This document shows, piece by piece, positions 25,232 through 40,075 of a DNA stretch of 64,000 bases. The stretch's first letter is position 1; the number at the start of each line of letters is the position of its first letter. Origin of the DNA: Macrostomum lignano (Eukaryota); contig NIVC01000915.1 of NCBI GenBank assembly GCA_002269645.1, forward strand, positions 56,951-120,950, given 5' to 3'. Position numbers and translations under genes: made by a program. A model generated the notes under the pieces. The model was given only the letters and a program-made list of their open reading frames with translations, had not been told where the DNA came from and did not search any database.

Positions 25232-28200
25232 GTGCCGCATCGGCAGCAGGAAGTCTCGTCCACCTTCGCCGCCGCCTCCACCGCTGCCCGCAGGCGAGGC
25301 CGTCTGCAAAATTCCAAGACGGGTGCCGCCGTCGCTGCCGTAGCCGACGCCGCCGCCCCCGCCGGCATCTGAGGACCCCATCGAGCGCGGCGCCGCCGGC
25401 GGCGAGTCTCCGGCGGCCGCCGATGCCAGCTTGATGGCAGCCGCGGCGTCCTCCGCGTTCCCTCGGCCTCCGCGCCCGCCTCCGCCACCGCCGCCGCTGC
25501 TTCCGCTGCCGCCTCCAAGTAGCCGCCTCCTGGTGTGCCAGATGGACGCCACCAGGACGCAGGACAGCACGAAGGTCACCGAGCAGATCACGATGATCAG
25601 CAGGAAGTTCAGCTCGCTGGCCGACAGCCCGGCGGGCAGCGAGGCGGTTGGCAGCCGATGGCCGGGCGGCGGGGAGTCGTCAACCAGAACCTGCAGCAGC
25701 GGCATCGTCTCGGCGTCTCTGGCCGGGACGCCGCGGTCGCGAACTCGCAGGCGCAGCTGGAAGCGTCGACCGACATCAGATGCGGTCAGGCGGCGCCTGT
25801 CGGCGGTCAGCAGCACCTCGCCGCTCGTGGCATTGACTTTGAAGTAGCCATCGTCGCCTCCGGCATCAGCCAGGAGGAACTCCAGGGCTCCGTTCTGACC
25901 GGCGTCCGGGTCGAAGGCGGCGATGCGACAGACGCGGGTGCCGGACGGCGCGAGGTAAGAAACCCGGACGGTGCTGTTGCTGAGGCTCGGCCACGTCACC
26001 GTCGGCGAGTTGTCGTTGACGTCCTCGACGAAGATCGTGGCGTCGATGGTGGCGCTCAGGCGCTCCTGGCCGTGGTCGAAGGCGGCGATGCGCAGGAAGT
26101 AGCGGTCCTGCCGCTCCCGGTCGAGCGCCGCCCGCACCCGCACGCTGCCGTCCGCGTCAACGTCGAAAGCGGCGCTGGCGGCCGCGTTGCCCTCGACACT
26201 GCGCATGGCGAAGCTGACGCGGCCGGCCTCGCCCAGATCGGCGTCCGTGGCGTTGGCGCGGCCGACCAGGGAGCCGACGCTCGCCGACTCAGAGACGCGG
26301 AACTCTAGCAGCGGGGCGCCGACGAACACCGGCGGGCAGTCATTGACGTCCGTCAGGCGGATTCGAACCCGGACCTGCGAGGTCTTCGGCGGCGATCCTG
26401 CGTCGGTTGCTACGACGTCGAATTCGTGCTCGCCGGTGGTTTCGCGGTCCAGCACAATCTTGGACACCAGGGTGCCGTTGTCAAGGACTCTGAAAGTTTT
26501 TGCAGCCTCCGGCGGCCGGATGCTGTAACTGATGATGCCGTTGCTCCCAGCGTCCGGGTCGCTGGCCTGCAGGTCCAGCAGCAGCTGGCCGGCCGCCCCG
26601 TTCTCGTCGATGCTGATCTCCTCCCTCGCCCGCCGGAACCCCGGCGCGTTGTCGTTGATGTCCCGGATAGTGACGTTGAACTGCACCTCCGTTGTCTGGC
26701 GGGCGGGTTCGTAGCGGCATGGCTTCAGGGATTTGTGGGAGATAGGGTCATAGGGTCTCATGGGTCAGGGTCTCATGGGTCAGGGTCTCATGGGTCAGGG
26801 TCTCATGGGTCAGGGTCTCATGGGTCAGGGTCTCATGGGTCAGGGTCTCATGGGTCAGGGTCTCATAGGTCAGAGTCTCATGGGTCAGGGTCTCATGGGT
26901 CAGGGTCTCATGGGTCAGGGTCTCATGGATCACGGTCTCATGGGTCAGGGTCTCATTGGTCAGGGTCTCATGGGTCAGGGTCTCATGGGTCAGGGTCTCT
27001 GGCCGCCTTGGATCAGCGATCAGCCTCCCCTACCTTCGGTGGCGTCCCGTAGTCCCTGCAGCGGACGGTGCCGAGAAGTCGATCCGCCAGCTCGTGGTCG
27101 AAGACAGCCGCGGTGCGCATCTCATAGTAGGCGGAGCCAGCGGCCACCTGCGGCTCGAGCAGCTTCAGGCCGGCCGTCAGGGACTCGCAGGTGACTCGGC
27201 CGGCCTCTCCGGAGTCCTTGTCCTCGGCGAACACGAAACCGGCTGGCTGTCCGGCTGGCGACTCTTCAGTGACTTCCACTGGGTTGCCCCGGCCGAAGCC
27301 GCTGACGGTCACCGCCGGGGAGTTGTCGTTGGCGTCGATGACCGTGACGGTCATCCTGCAGGCGGCGGACCTCGGCGGACTGCCCAGATCCGACACCTCC
27401 AGCTCCAGGGTGGCGTTCGAGTAGGCCTCGAAGTCGAGGCGGCGCTGCAGGCTGAGGGTGCCGTCCACCGGGTCCACCCGAAAGGTTGAGCCCAGGGCCG
27501 CCTGCGCCGCGGCAGGCAGCGGGGAGACGCAAGCTGGGGTGGTGCAGGCCCCCGAGACGCTGCGCAGCCGCCAGCGCAGTTCGGCGTTGCGCCCGACGTC
27601 GGCGTCCCTGCCGGACAGATGGGCGAGGTCGGAGCCGGCCGGGAGCTCCTCGCTCCTGCTGATGTTGTCGCAGCCGCTGACGATCCGAGGAGTCTCGTCG
27701 TTCTCGTCGATGACGTTAAGAACGGCGCTGAGCGTCCCTGTCAGCGCCGGCACGCCGCCGTCGACCGCTCGAAGGACGAAGGCGTGGCGGCTCTCGCGCT
27801 CGCGGTCCAGCTGGCGGAGGAGCCGCACAGCCGGCGGAGCTCGGCCTGGCAGCAGCTCGAGGAGGTTCGAGTCGGCGTCCAGCTGGTAGGTCTGCACGGA
27901 CAGGCGCGGCGAGTCCGGGTCCCTGGCCGCCGGCAGCTCGAACACCGAGCCAACCGGACTCGCCTCCGAGATGTTCAGCGAGAAGGAGCCGTCGGCGGAG
28001 CCGCTGAGCACCGCGGCGAAGCTCGGCGTGTTGTCGTTGATGTCCACGACGGTGATCTGGACGATAAAGAGCTCCGAGGGCGAGGAGGTGGCGACCTGCA
28101 GCTGCAGATGGCAGTCGGCGAGGCCAGCGCAGGAGGCCTCGCGGTCTAGCGGCGCCCTCTGCCACAGGTTGCCGCCGTCGGCAACATCAAAGAGGTCGGT

Positions 28201-28404
28201 CGGGCCGCGCATCACGGTGAAGCGCAGGCCGGCCAGAACGCTGGAGTTCCAGTCCAGGCGGCTCTGCGTCACCAGGTTGCCAAGGAGACGGGGCGGCAAC
28301 TCGCCCTCGGATACGGAGAAGGCGGGCGACTGCAGCTGCAGTGAGCGGCCCGGCAGGAGCAGCAGGGCAGCGATGAGGGGGAGCAGCGGGCCGGCGTGCA
28401 GCAT
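25232..28404 (-). CDS. Protocadherin (7 extracellular cadherin repeats, delta1-like): ectodomain and TM exons 1-2
   Basis: Exon 28404-27034 (ATG in good context, signal peptide LLPLIAALLLLPG, EC1 with LDREASCAGLADC Cys-x5-Cys) splices in phase 0 to 26695-25232 (GTPPK|TTEVQFNVTIRDINDNAP). Six DxND(N/E/C)xP linkers with DRE/DFE/DHE motifs give 7 EC repeats; TM NFLLIIVICSVTFVLSCVLVASIW; donor CAC|GTGAGT. An acceptor at 28425 implies an upstream 5' exon. Confidence 0.93.
26748..27000. repeat. 15-bp minisatellite (TGGGTCAGGGTCTCA) in the protocadherin EC4 intron
   Basis: About 16 copies inside intron 26696-27033. Confidence 0.93.
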
Positions 28405-28454
28405 CCTTGCCGGTTGTGGCGGCTTCTGGAAGCGAAGCAATCAGAGTTTGGGAT

Positions 28455-28990
28455 TGCTGACAAGCTGTGGGATCACTGACTAGCTGTGGGATCACTGACT
28501 AGCTGTGGGATCACTGACAAGCTGTGGGATCACTGACTAGCTGTGGGATCACTGACAATTTGTGGGATCACTGACAATCTGTGGGATCACTGACTAGCTC
28601 TGGGATCACTGACAATCTGTGGGATCACTGACTAGCTGTGGGATCACTGACTAGCTGTGGGATCACTGACAGTCTGTGGGATCAATAACAATCTGTGGGA
28701 TCACTGACTAGCTGTGGGATCACTGACAATCTGTGGGATCACTGACAATCTGTGGGATCACTGACAATCTGTGGGATCACTGACAAGCTGTGGGATCACT
28801 GACAATCTGTGCGATCACTGACAATCTGTGGGATCACTGACTAGCTGTGGGATCACTGACAGTCTGTGGGATCACTGACTAGCTGTGGGATCACTGACAA
28901 TCTGTGGGATCACTGACAATCTGTGGGATCACTGACAATCTGTGGGATCACTGACTAGCTGTGGGATCACTGACAATCTGTGGGATCACT
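28455..28990. repeat. 19-bp minisatellite (CTGTGGGATCACTGAC(AAT/TAG)) just upstream of the protocadherin acceptor
   Basis: About 28 tandem copies. Confidence 0.93.
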
Positions 28991-29302
28991 GCTGGGAAGA
29001 AGTGCTCCCAGCTCAGCCTAGAGAATCGCTTGCGTGCTCTCCGACTCGAAATGAAAAGTGAATTAGAAAAACTATAATTTATCAAGGGGCCGAAGTTCTG
29101 AGTGCGGCGGGCCCCGCTGCCACTGCCCCCCCCCCCTGCTGCTGCTGTCACGCGATCTGCAGGCTACCGAGGGCACTGACCTCGGCTGGGGTCGGGGGCG
29201 CAGGGGCGCTTCCGGACTGCGAGATGAGAGGCCAAGAGGGGAGAGGCAGACTCCGAGCTTCCTCATCTATTAATTACGCACTGGCCGCCTTCGAGTTCGA
29301 GT

Positions 29303-29458
29303 AGTGAGCATTGAGTAATGAGTAATGAGTAGTGAGTAGTGAGAATTGAGTAATGAGTAATGAGTAATGAGTAACGAGTAATGAGTAAAGAGTAATGAAT
29401 AAATGAGTAATGAGTAATAAGTAATGGGTAATGAGCAATGAGTAGCGAGTAGTGAGCA
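29303..29458. repeat. 7-bp repeat (GAGTAAT)n
   Basis: Tandem degenerate copies. Confidence 0.85.
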
Positions 29459-30214
29459 CTCCACAGCCGCAATGCCACCTGTCAGGTGGGAGTATAAATA
29501 AGTGTGAGAAAATCAAGACGGGAATCTATCTGGATGTCAAAAAGCAACTTTGCTATGGGCGCCTGAAATTGTTCCCGCGATATTCTCACCACAAAGTTGT
29601 GTTTGCGCGGCAGCGGGGTATTCATGTCTCCGCATCGAACACGACCGACTGTTATGAAATATGGATGGCTGACTGGGGGGGGGGCACTAGCTACAGTTGT
29701 GTCTGTGAGGAGGACGAAGACAAACACAGGCACAGGTCTCCCCCTAGAGCCTCACTAACTTTACCTGACACGGCATAAATTATGCAGTTTGATTGGCCTG
29801 TTTTTCTCTCTACTTCTGCTGCTTCTTCAGCTCATTTATTTTGCTTCAGGGCCCGCCAGCTGAAGGACTGGAGCAGCTGGGGAGGTGGCCGGCAGCCTCC
29901 CAGGTGCAACCTGCAGCTCCGCCCAGGCCTCCAAAGCTCAGCTTTTTAAACAGCTTCTTTAACTGCTTCGCTCCGGTGCTGCTTTTGGCATTGCCGCGCT
30001 TTTTTTCTGGAGAGAGGCGCCACTTCTGCTCTGACATCTTCTTCAAGCTGATGAAGAGCGACCGCAGCTTCCTGGCTTGGCGCAGATTTCTCTGAGAGAG
30101 CTCTCCTGCGGAGCTTGTTGCTGGCTGGGGCGCCGGCTTCTGTCTGGCCCTCTGCTTTTTGTTCTGTTCTTTCTAAACTCAGCCTCCAATCCGATCTCCA
30201 TGCCTTTCGCTCTA

Positions 30215-31150
30215 CTCTCCGCTCTGCTCTCCTCTCTACTCTCCCTCTCCTCTCCTCCCTACCCTACTATCTACTCTCCTCTCTACTCTCCCTCTCCTCT
30301 CCTCCCTACCCTACTATCTACTCTCCTCTCTACTCTCCTCTCTGCTCTCCTCTCTGCTCTCCTCTCTGCTCTCCTCTCTGCTCTCCTCTCTCCTCTCATA
30401 TCTGCTCTCCTCTCTGCTCTCCTCTCTGCTCTCCTCTCCTCTCATCTCTGCTCTCCTCTCTGCTCTCCTCTCTGATCTCCTCTCTCCTCTCCTCTCTACT
30501 CTCCTCTCTGCTCTCCTCTCTGATCTCCTCTCTCCTCTCCTCTCTGCTCTCCTCTCTACTCTTCTCTCTACTCTCCTCTCTACTCTCCTCTCTGATCTCC
30601 TCTCTCCTCTCCTCTCTGCTATCCTCTCTGCTCTCCTCTCTGCTCTCCTCTCTACTCTTCTCTCTACTCTCCTCTCTACTCTCCTCTCTGATCTCCTCTC
30701 TCCTCTCCTCTCTGCTATCCTCTCTGCTCTCCTCTCTGCTCTCCTCTCTGCTCTCCTCTCTACTCTTCTCTCTACTCTCCTCTCTGATCTCCTCTCTCCT
30801 CTCCTCTCTGCTATCCTCTCTGCTCTCCTCTCTACTCCTCTCTCTATTCTTCTCTCTACTTTCCTCTCTGATCTCCTCTCTCCTCTCCTCTCTGCTATCC
30901 CCTCTGCTCTCCTCTCTACTCCTCTCTGCTCTCCTCTCTGCTCTCCTCTCTGCTCTCCTCTCTGCTCTCCTCTCTGCTCTCCTCTCTGCTCTCCTCTCTG
31001 CTCTCCTCTCTGCTCTCCTCTCTGCTCTCCTCTCTGCTCTCGTCTCTACACTACTCTACTCTCTACTTTACTCTCTACTTTTATTTCTACTCACTTCTCT
31101 ACTCTCCTATTTACTCTACTCTTTTATTCTACTCTCTTCTCCCTTACTTT
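30215..31150. repeat. 12-bp CT-rich minisatellite (CTCTCCTCTCTG and variants)
   Basis: Tandem copies; source of the SLLS ORF. Confidence 0.9.
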
Positions 31151-31904
31151 TCTCTCCTCCATCTCCTTCTTAGCTTTCCCCTTTTCTACCCGAATCCAGT
31201 GAGTAGATATCCATAGCAAGCAGGAGAGACAGGACAGTTTGTATTGGATGCATTTGAACGGTGAGCAAATATTGAAATCTCCCATCGTATCGAATTCGGT
31301 TGAATCAGCGCTCGCGCTCCAAAGCAGTTCAAAGCAGAAATGGTCAATAAATGATAGCCCAGAGTAGTCATGCCAGCGTTCTCAAAGCCCTCTTCACTTG
31401 TCAGGCCGTGTCACGGATCAGGCTGAGGGCGCAGCTCCCATCCAGGTGAGAGATTAGGGCGAGGGATTTTCAGTTTCTGCTACAGCGATTCGCAAACTAA
31501 ATTGGTGGGAAATTCGAGTAACTCATAGGGGGGGGGTAGAATTTCTAAGCATATTAGAGGGGCTGGGGGGCTGCTATACCCCCGACAAATGAGCGATAAT
31601 ACAGTTCTGTGTCTGCGGAGTGGCAGCTCAGTGCAGAGGGCAGCAGTGCAGATTTCTGCCGGGGCGAAACCTGAGACTTGAGTGAAAGCTCAGTGCTCAG
31701 GGGGGGGGGCTTGTGGTGCGGCTCTGTCCAGCCCACCGCGCACAATGGAAATGCGAGATTGAGCACCCGAGAGTCGGCGGCCGAGGAGCGGCCGAGATCG
31801 CTTTCGAAGAGGGCAAGAAAGCTGTATTGGATTGAGTGGGCTCCGGATTTGCGGGATTGCGGGATCGCGATCCGTGTCAGTCCTGTCCTTGCATTCTGCT
31901 GCTC

Positions 31905-32472
<568 letters not shown>

Positions 32473-32837
32473 TGGGCCTGTATTACTGTCTGATTGTGTT
32501 AACTTCCATATTTCTGACTGTCTGTCTGTCCCAGTGTCAGTCAGTCACTCCGTCTTCCGTGCTGCGAAGCTGAAGTCGCATCAAATTGCCGCTTGCTGGT
32601 GAAGTGAGCTGTGCACAAAGGAGGCACCGCCGCCCCCCGCTGATAGGTGGGGATTTCTGACAGCTGGGCGTCCCTATTGTTCCCCTCTGCCGCCATCGAC
32701 AGCTTCTTCTTCTCACCTGCTAGCTTGCCACGCGAACTCCGCCAGTCCCGCCGGCCTCACCGTGAGGAGCCTCGCGTGCAGGAAACGGAAGAAGCTCAGC
32801 AAAAACTTGCTCCGCTTCTGTTCTCCCCCGCCTCTCA

Positions 32838-33359
<522 letters not shown>

Positions 33360-34479
33360 TCAAGTGGCTTCAAACCTGGCAGGAAATTCGCCCCAAAAAA
33401 CTCCCCAGCCCCAAACCCAAGCAGTGTCGCCTCGCTTCGATCTCGCCCAGCTCCCACCGGCTTAGTTTTTCTCTCAGTTTTCCCACGACAACGCGGAATC
33501 CCCAGCTTCCTTCCCCTGCCCAGATCCCACAGGCAAATCCCGAAACGTCTTCTGCAGTGTTGCTCTGGGGCTCTGCTTGGCTGTGTTGTGGACTCCGCTT
33601 TCATCGGGTTGGGGGGGGGGGACCGCGCGTCCCATTCCCGCCCACCTGCTGCGATGGGGAAGAACCCGATGAGGCGCACGAGGAAGCTGGCCGTCAGGGT
33701 AATTAAACCGGTCCAAGCGAGGGCATCCGCCGCGATTTGGAAGCCCCGTTTGAACAGACGAGAGGACAGGAGGCCGCGATGAGGCATGTTGAGAGGCTGG
33801 TGGGGGGCGGCTGAGTTTTTGCTTTGGGAAAAAAACGCGCACCTTTCAACACCTTTCGCTCGCGTTCACCTGGCAGCGGCCCTCGGGCAGCTCCTTGACG
33901 GCTTTCACTGCCGCCCCAGCGGCCGCCATTGTCCCCCGCTCCGGTGCGGTAAAAACTGCCGGGTTTCTGTTCAGAGATTTCTACCCGTTAGAGACAATAA
34001 ACTGAGATGAGGGGCGCCCAGACTCCACTGCAAGTCCGGCAAGTGTGACTCGACTCTGTGAACCGTCAGCCACTATCAGAGAGGAGCACTCTCTGCTGCT
34101 TTGTCCAGCCAGGCAATGCGAAAGCAAATTTCTCGCTCCGATTCGCAGCGGCCGATGAGGAGCGGCACTTCATCTCTCTTTTTTCTAGTTGAGAACTGCA
34201 TTGCAGTCTGGAGAACAATGGGACTGGACTGCAGCCGTGAGTGACTCTTACTGGTCCCGGGGCACTTCCGCTCAGCCTCTGGCTAGCTGCAGGCTTCATC
34301 TAGCACAGCCGGGACAGGCAGAGCTGACAACAGGGGACTCACAACAAATCTCTCTGATGATGCCCGGAGCCCTTCTAGAGGCTGGAGTGCCTCAGTGGGC
34401 TGATTTTGTCTGCATTCCCTCATCAGTTTTTCTTCTCTGCTTTCTAATTTTCTAATTTCCAATATAATTAGAGGCCCTC

Positions 34480-34988
34480 TCTGTGGCCTCTCCCTTCCCT
34501 CTCTGTGGCCTCTCCCTTCCCTCTCTGTGGCCTCTCCCTTCCCTCTCTGTGGCCTCTCCCTTCCCTCTCTGTGGCCTCTCCCTTCCCTCTCTGTGGCCTC
34601 TCCCTTCCCTCTCTGTGGCCTCTCCCTTCCCTCTCTGTGGCCTCTCCTTCCCTCTCTGTGGCCTCTCCCTTCCCTCTCTGTGGCCTCTCCCTTCCCTCTC
34701 TGTGGCCTCTCCCTTCCCTCTCTGTGGCCTCTCCCTTCCCTCTCTGTGGCCTCTCCCTTCCCTCTCTGTGGCCTCTCCCTTCCCTCTCTGTGGCCTCTCC
34801 CTTCCCTCTCTGTGGCCTCTCCCTTCCCTCTCTGTGGCCTCTCCCTTCCCTCTCTCTGGCCTCTCCCTTCCCTCTCTCTGGCCTCTCCCTTCCCTCTCTG
34901 TGGCCTCTCCCTTCCCTCTCTGTGGCCTCTCCCTTCCCTCTCTGTGGCCTCTCCCTTCCCTCTCTGTGGCCTCTCCCTTCCCTCTCTC
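34480..34988. repeat. 22-bp minisatellite (GTGGCCTCTCCCTTCCCTCTCT)
   Basis: About 23 near-identical copies followed by a CT-rich tract. Confidence 0.93.
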
Positions 34989-35784
34989 TATCCCTTTTCT
35001 ACCCCTCTCTTCCTTTCTCCTTCTCTCAATTCTGTCCCCTTTTCACCCCTATCTCTCCTTCTCACTCCTATCTTCCTTCTCATCCCTATCTCTCCTTCGC
35101 ACTCCTTCTCACTCCTTGTCTCTCCTCCTTCTCCTCTCCTTCTCCCTCTCTCCCTCTCTTTTTTCTCTCCTTCCCCTCTTCAATCCTATCTCTCTCCCTT
35201 CTCTCCCTCTCTCTACTCTCTTTCCTCACCCTCCTTCTCTTTTCCTCTCTTCTCTCTACTTTTTTAACTTCTCTGCCTCCCTCCCTCATCCTACCACGCC
35301 AGTTTTTCCCTGCACTATTCCCCCTTTATCCCTTTCACGCAATTTGCCTTTGCCCTGCCTCACTTGCAGCTGACTGGGATGGTGCAGCCCGCCAGATCCC
35401 AGTCTGAGCATCTGCAGAACCGGCAGGAGCTCAACAAAGAAGACTCAGGCAAAGACAAAGCAAGCCGGCTCTCCCAAACACCGCGCACTCCTCTTTTCTT
35501 GCCCAATTCTTGTTCTCATCTTCTTTTCCAACTCCTTCACTGCAGCCCCTCCGGCTCTTTCAGATGCCTGTGCAGCAGTTTAATTGTGTCCCAGTTTAAC
35601 CTCTTGTTGCTTGAAGCTGGCACTGCAGCAGCGCTTTTGCCTGCCAGCCCCTGCCTGGGGCCATCGATTTTCTGACGGCAGTGAAAGGCGTGAAAAACCT
35701 GCGTCTGAGAATCTGCTGCTTTGAATTTGATGCTGTTTGCTGCGGTGGCTGAGGAATCTCTTCAGATACCAGCTGTTTCCATTC

Positions 35785-36360
35785 TGCGGCGCTTACTGAG
35801 GGACCTGGGGGAGGTGGCGGCGCTTACTGAAGTACCTGGGAGGAGGTGGCGGCGCTTACTGAGGGACCTGGGGGAGGTGGCGGCGCTTACTGAGGGACCT
35901 GAGGGGGAGGTGGCGGCGCTTACTGAGGGACCTGGGGGAGGTGGCGGCGCTTACTGAGAGACCTGGGAGGAGGTGGCGGCGCTTACTGAGGGACCTGAGG
36001 GGGAGGTGGCGGCGCTTACTGAGGGACCTGAGGGGGAGGTGGCGGCGCTTACTGAGGGACCTGGGGGAGGTGGCGGCGCTTACTGAGGGACCTGGGGGAG
36101 GTGGCGGCGCTTACTGAGGGACCTGGGAGGAGGTGGCGGCGCTTACTGAGGGACCTGGGGAGAGGTGGCGGCGCTTGCTGAAGGACCTGGGGGAGGTGGC
36201 GACGCTTACTGAGGGACCTGGGAGGAGGTGGCGGCGCTTACTGAGGGACCTGGGGAGAAGGTGGCGGCGCTTACTGAGGAACCTGGGGGATGTGGGGGCG
36301 CTTACTGAAGGACCTGGGGGAGGTGGCGACGCTTACTGAGGGACCTGGGAGGAGGTGGCG
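35785..36360. repeat. 31-33-bp minisatellite (GGCGGCGCTTACTGAGGGACCTGGGGGAGGT)
   Basis: About 18 tandem copies. Confidence 0.92.
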
Positions 36361-36411
36361 GTTGCTTACTTGAAGATTTTGAGTATGTAGGCTTGAATGA
36401 ATTTGAGGTCT

Positions 36412-36615
36412 GAGCAGCTCAGTGGCTGACGCGTCTAACTTTAGCGCCTAATTACAAGCGTCCTGCGTTCGATTCCGTGACGAGGTGAGGCCTGTGTGAG
36501 CTTGTGCCTGCGTGCGTGTCCGGGTGCGTGCTCAGGGATCACCGGAATGGCCTCTGGCCAGATTCATGAATTCGGCAGTTTGATCCAATTCAATTGAATC
36601 AATTGGATTTTATAT
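36412..36615 (+). mobile_element. Possible second tRNA-derived SINE or degenerate Pol III element
   Basis: A-box-like AGCTCAGTGG and B-box-like GTTCGATTCC, no cloverleaf, palindromic AT-rich 3' end. Confidence 0.35.
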
Positions 36616-36943
36616 AAAAGTATTCAGTCCGAAACAAAGGAGAAATTCTGTGTGAGCAGAGGGGCAGCAGAGCGGAGTCCGAGTCGGCCTGTCTCGGGTC
36701 GATGAGCCGACTGGGCCCACAATTCTAGGCAAATCTGGGATCCGGGATTTGGGAAAGTTTTTTTAATCTACGATGCAGCAGCCACCCCGGCATGCAAATG
36801 GAGTGGAAAAGTGGGACGGGGATCGCACGGGTTGGTTTCTCCCTCCTCTGGGATTTCTTCGCTCTGGGAGAGCGAATCTTCTTGAGTGCTCAGGGCGAAG
36901 CTGTACTGCTCTGACTGACTGGATTGCTTCCGGCTGACTCTGT

Positions 36944-37596
36944 GTCTGTCCTGGTGTCTGTCCTGGTGTCTGTCCTGGTGTCTGTCCTGGTGTCTGTCCT
37001 GGTGTCTGTCCTGGTGTCTGTCCTGGTGTCTGTCCTGGTGTTTGTCCTAGTGTCTGTCCTAGTGTCTGTCCTAGTGCCTGTCCTAGTGTCTGTCCTGGTG
37101 CCTGTCCTGGTGTCTGTCCTAGTGTCTGTCCTAGTGTCTGTCCTAGTGTCTGTCCTAGTGTCTGTCCTAGTGTCTGTCCTAGTGTCTGTCCTAGTGCCTG
37201 TCCTAGTGTCTGTCCTGGTGCCTGTCCTGGTGTCTGTCCTAGTGTCTGTCCTAGTGTCTGTCCTAGTGTCTGTCCTAGTGTCTGTCCTAGTGTCTGTCCT
37301 AGTGTCTGTCCTAGTGTCTGTCCTGGTGTCTGTCCTAGTGTCTGTCCTGGTGTCTGTCCTGGTGTTTGTCTCAAAGTCTGTCTCAGAGCCTGTCTCAGAG
37401 CCTGTCTCAGAGCCTGTCTCAGAGCCTGTCTCAGAGCCTGTCTCAGAGCCTGTCTCAGAGCCTGTCTCAGAGCCTGTCTCAGAGCCTGTCTCAGAGCCTG
37501 TCTCAGAGCCTGTCTCAGAGCCTGTCTCAGAGCCTGTCTCAGAGCCTGTCTCAGAGCCTGTCTCAGAGCCTGTCTCAGAGCCTGTCTCAGAGCCTG
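36944..37596. repeat. Compound 12-bp minisatellite: GTGTCTGTCCT(A/G) then TGTCTCAGAGCC
   Basis: Two abutting arrays with the same period, switching at about 37372. Confidence 0.93.
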
Positions 37597-38654
37597 TTCC
37601 AGTGTTTTGGTCCGCCTGTTGTGCATTCCATCGGGCACGCGGCGGTCTCACAGTGGGCAGTGGAGTCGAACCGATAGTGCGAGAGAGAAACTGCCAGAAA
37701 GCGATGAAGAGCAGCATAGATGAAGAAGAGATGAGGAGCCGGAGAGGCTGGGCGCAGCTGTGGGTGGCCCCCCTAATTCGATAGGACAAGCCGACCTGAT
37801 TAGGCGGACATCGATCGCCAGTGCGTGCTGGGAGATTGGGTGGCCACCAAAAACTTCCCTTCCCGCAAGCGCTACCTTCTCTCGCTCCTCATCAGCTTCA
37901 TCACGCCGGAGCCCCAGCCTCTTTGCTGGCACACAGAGGCTCAATGGAAGCAAAGGTTTGCCACCGCCAGATGACACGTCTCGCTCTCTCTCTCTCTCTC
38001 CCTCTCTCTCTATCTCATTTCAGCCTTCCTGTTTCTTTCTGTTTCCCCTTTGTGAGCGTCTGAAAGAGTCTGAGCAATGCTATTAAGAGGCGGGGCCTCT
38101 GCTCCCCCAGTGTGAGTCAGATGCAGCAGCGGTGGCCAGTGAATTCTGACTGCGCCGGCAACTTGCCTGTTAATCGATCCCAGCAGCCGGGGCAACGCCT
38201 CAGATCCTTGGCGGCAGTCGGTGTGGGTCAACTGCGTGCCCGCGCGCGCGGAGGGTGTGAAGTGAAGCGAGCTGCAAGGAAAGGCGCAAGACAAGATGTG
38301 AGCGGTCTGGCCCCGGCTCGGGGCCAGACAGCAAACAGCAAACAGCGGGACTGGTTGGGGGGGGGGGTATTTAGACTGCTGGGTATTTGCTCCGCAGATT
38401 AGGCAATAGGGATCCGCGCTCGCGTTTGGATACGCGCCGCATTGAAAACTGGCGATCCAGTGTAACTTCATCTAGGGGTGCGGTTTACTCCCGGGATTAG
38501 TTCTGGCTGAGGCCAAGACTGCCATTGTGCCCGGCTTCTTACGGCTGTTTGTTCAGCGACTTATTCTGCGAATAGATAGGGATCCTTATGGGGCTCTTTG
38601 ATGACTGCTCGCGCAACTCCCTTCTGTGTCTTTTGTGTTTTGTATGTCTGTTAT

Positions 38655-38930
<276 letters not shown>

Positions 38931-39404
38931 GCTTCTCCAGCTGTTTGCTCAGCCCCTCAGATCCCTATTAGTCTGTTTGATAGCAACCCCATCCCGGGAG
39001 ATTTTCACCTGTCTGGTTAAGCCGGCCAATTATCAGCTAATTAGAGACCCAGCTGCTCCAAGGCCTCTTCTCGTGACATTGATGGCAGAACTGCCGGCCA
39101 TTTGGTGTGTAACAATAGGCTAAATATATATTTTCAAAGTTGGTGGCGAAGTCTCTTTATTAGCTTTGTGCCGCAAATCACTGTAATTACAGACAAAATT
39201 TTGTGGACTTTTTGCACGGCAGCGTAGACACCAAAGATGAGGACCCCCTGAGTTTAGCATTCGGCCTGCGTGGCTCTGGATCTGCAGACCCCACCTGGCT
39301 CTGTAATTAAAAGTCATACCTACGACTGCCTTCTGCATTCTGTAATTAAAATTAGTTTGCTGCAGAGCTCGAATCATGTGAAAAACATGATTAGATTGGT
39401 GCAA

Positions 39405-40075
39405 TCGATTGGCAGATAGATGCAATATTTCTGCAGATAGATGCAATAGATCTGCAGATAGATGCAATAGATCGGCAGATAGATGCAATAGATCGGAAGT
39501 TGGATGCAATGGATCAGAAGATAGATGCAATAGATCAGCAGATAGATGCAATATTTCTGCAGATAGATGCAATAGATTGGCAGATGGATGCAATAGATCG
39601 GCAGATAGATGCAATAGATCGGCAGATAGATGCAATAGATCGGCAGATAGATGCAATAGATCGGCAGATAGATGCAATAGATCGGCAGATAGATGCAATG
39701 GATCGGCAGATAGATGCAATAGATCGGCAGATAGATGCAATAGATCGGCAGATAGATGCAATAGATCGGCAGATAGATGCAATAGATCGGCAGATAGATG
39801 CAATAGATCGACAGATAGATGCAATGGATCGGCAGATAGATGCAATAGATTGGCAGATAGATGCAATAGATCGGCAGATAGATGCAATAGATTGGCAGAT
39901 AGATGCAATAGATCGGCAGATGGATGCAATAGATCGGCAGATAGATGCAATAGATTGGCAGATAGATGCAATAGATCGGCAGATGGATGCAATAGATCGG
40001 CAGATAGATGGAACGGATCGGCAGATGGATGCAATAGATCGGCAGATAGATGGAACGGATCGGCAGTTGGATGCG
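39405..40075. repeat. 21-bp minisatellite (AGATAGATGCAATAGATCGGC)
   Basis: About 32 copies; source of the DAIDRQI and LHLSADL ORFs. Confidence 0.93.

Noticed and set aside
25031-26761. 576-aa cadherin ORF as a standalone gene
   Set aside because: Both ends are intronic repeat read-through; the true exon is 26695-25232, spliced to 28404-27034.
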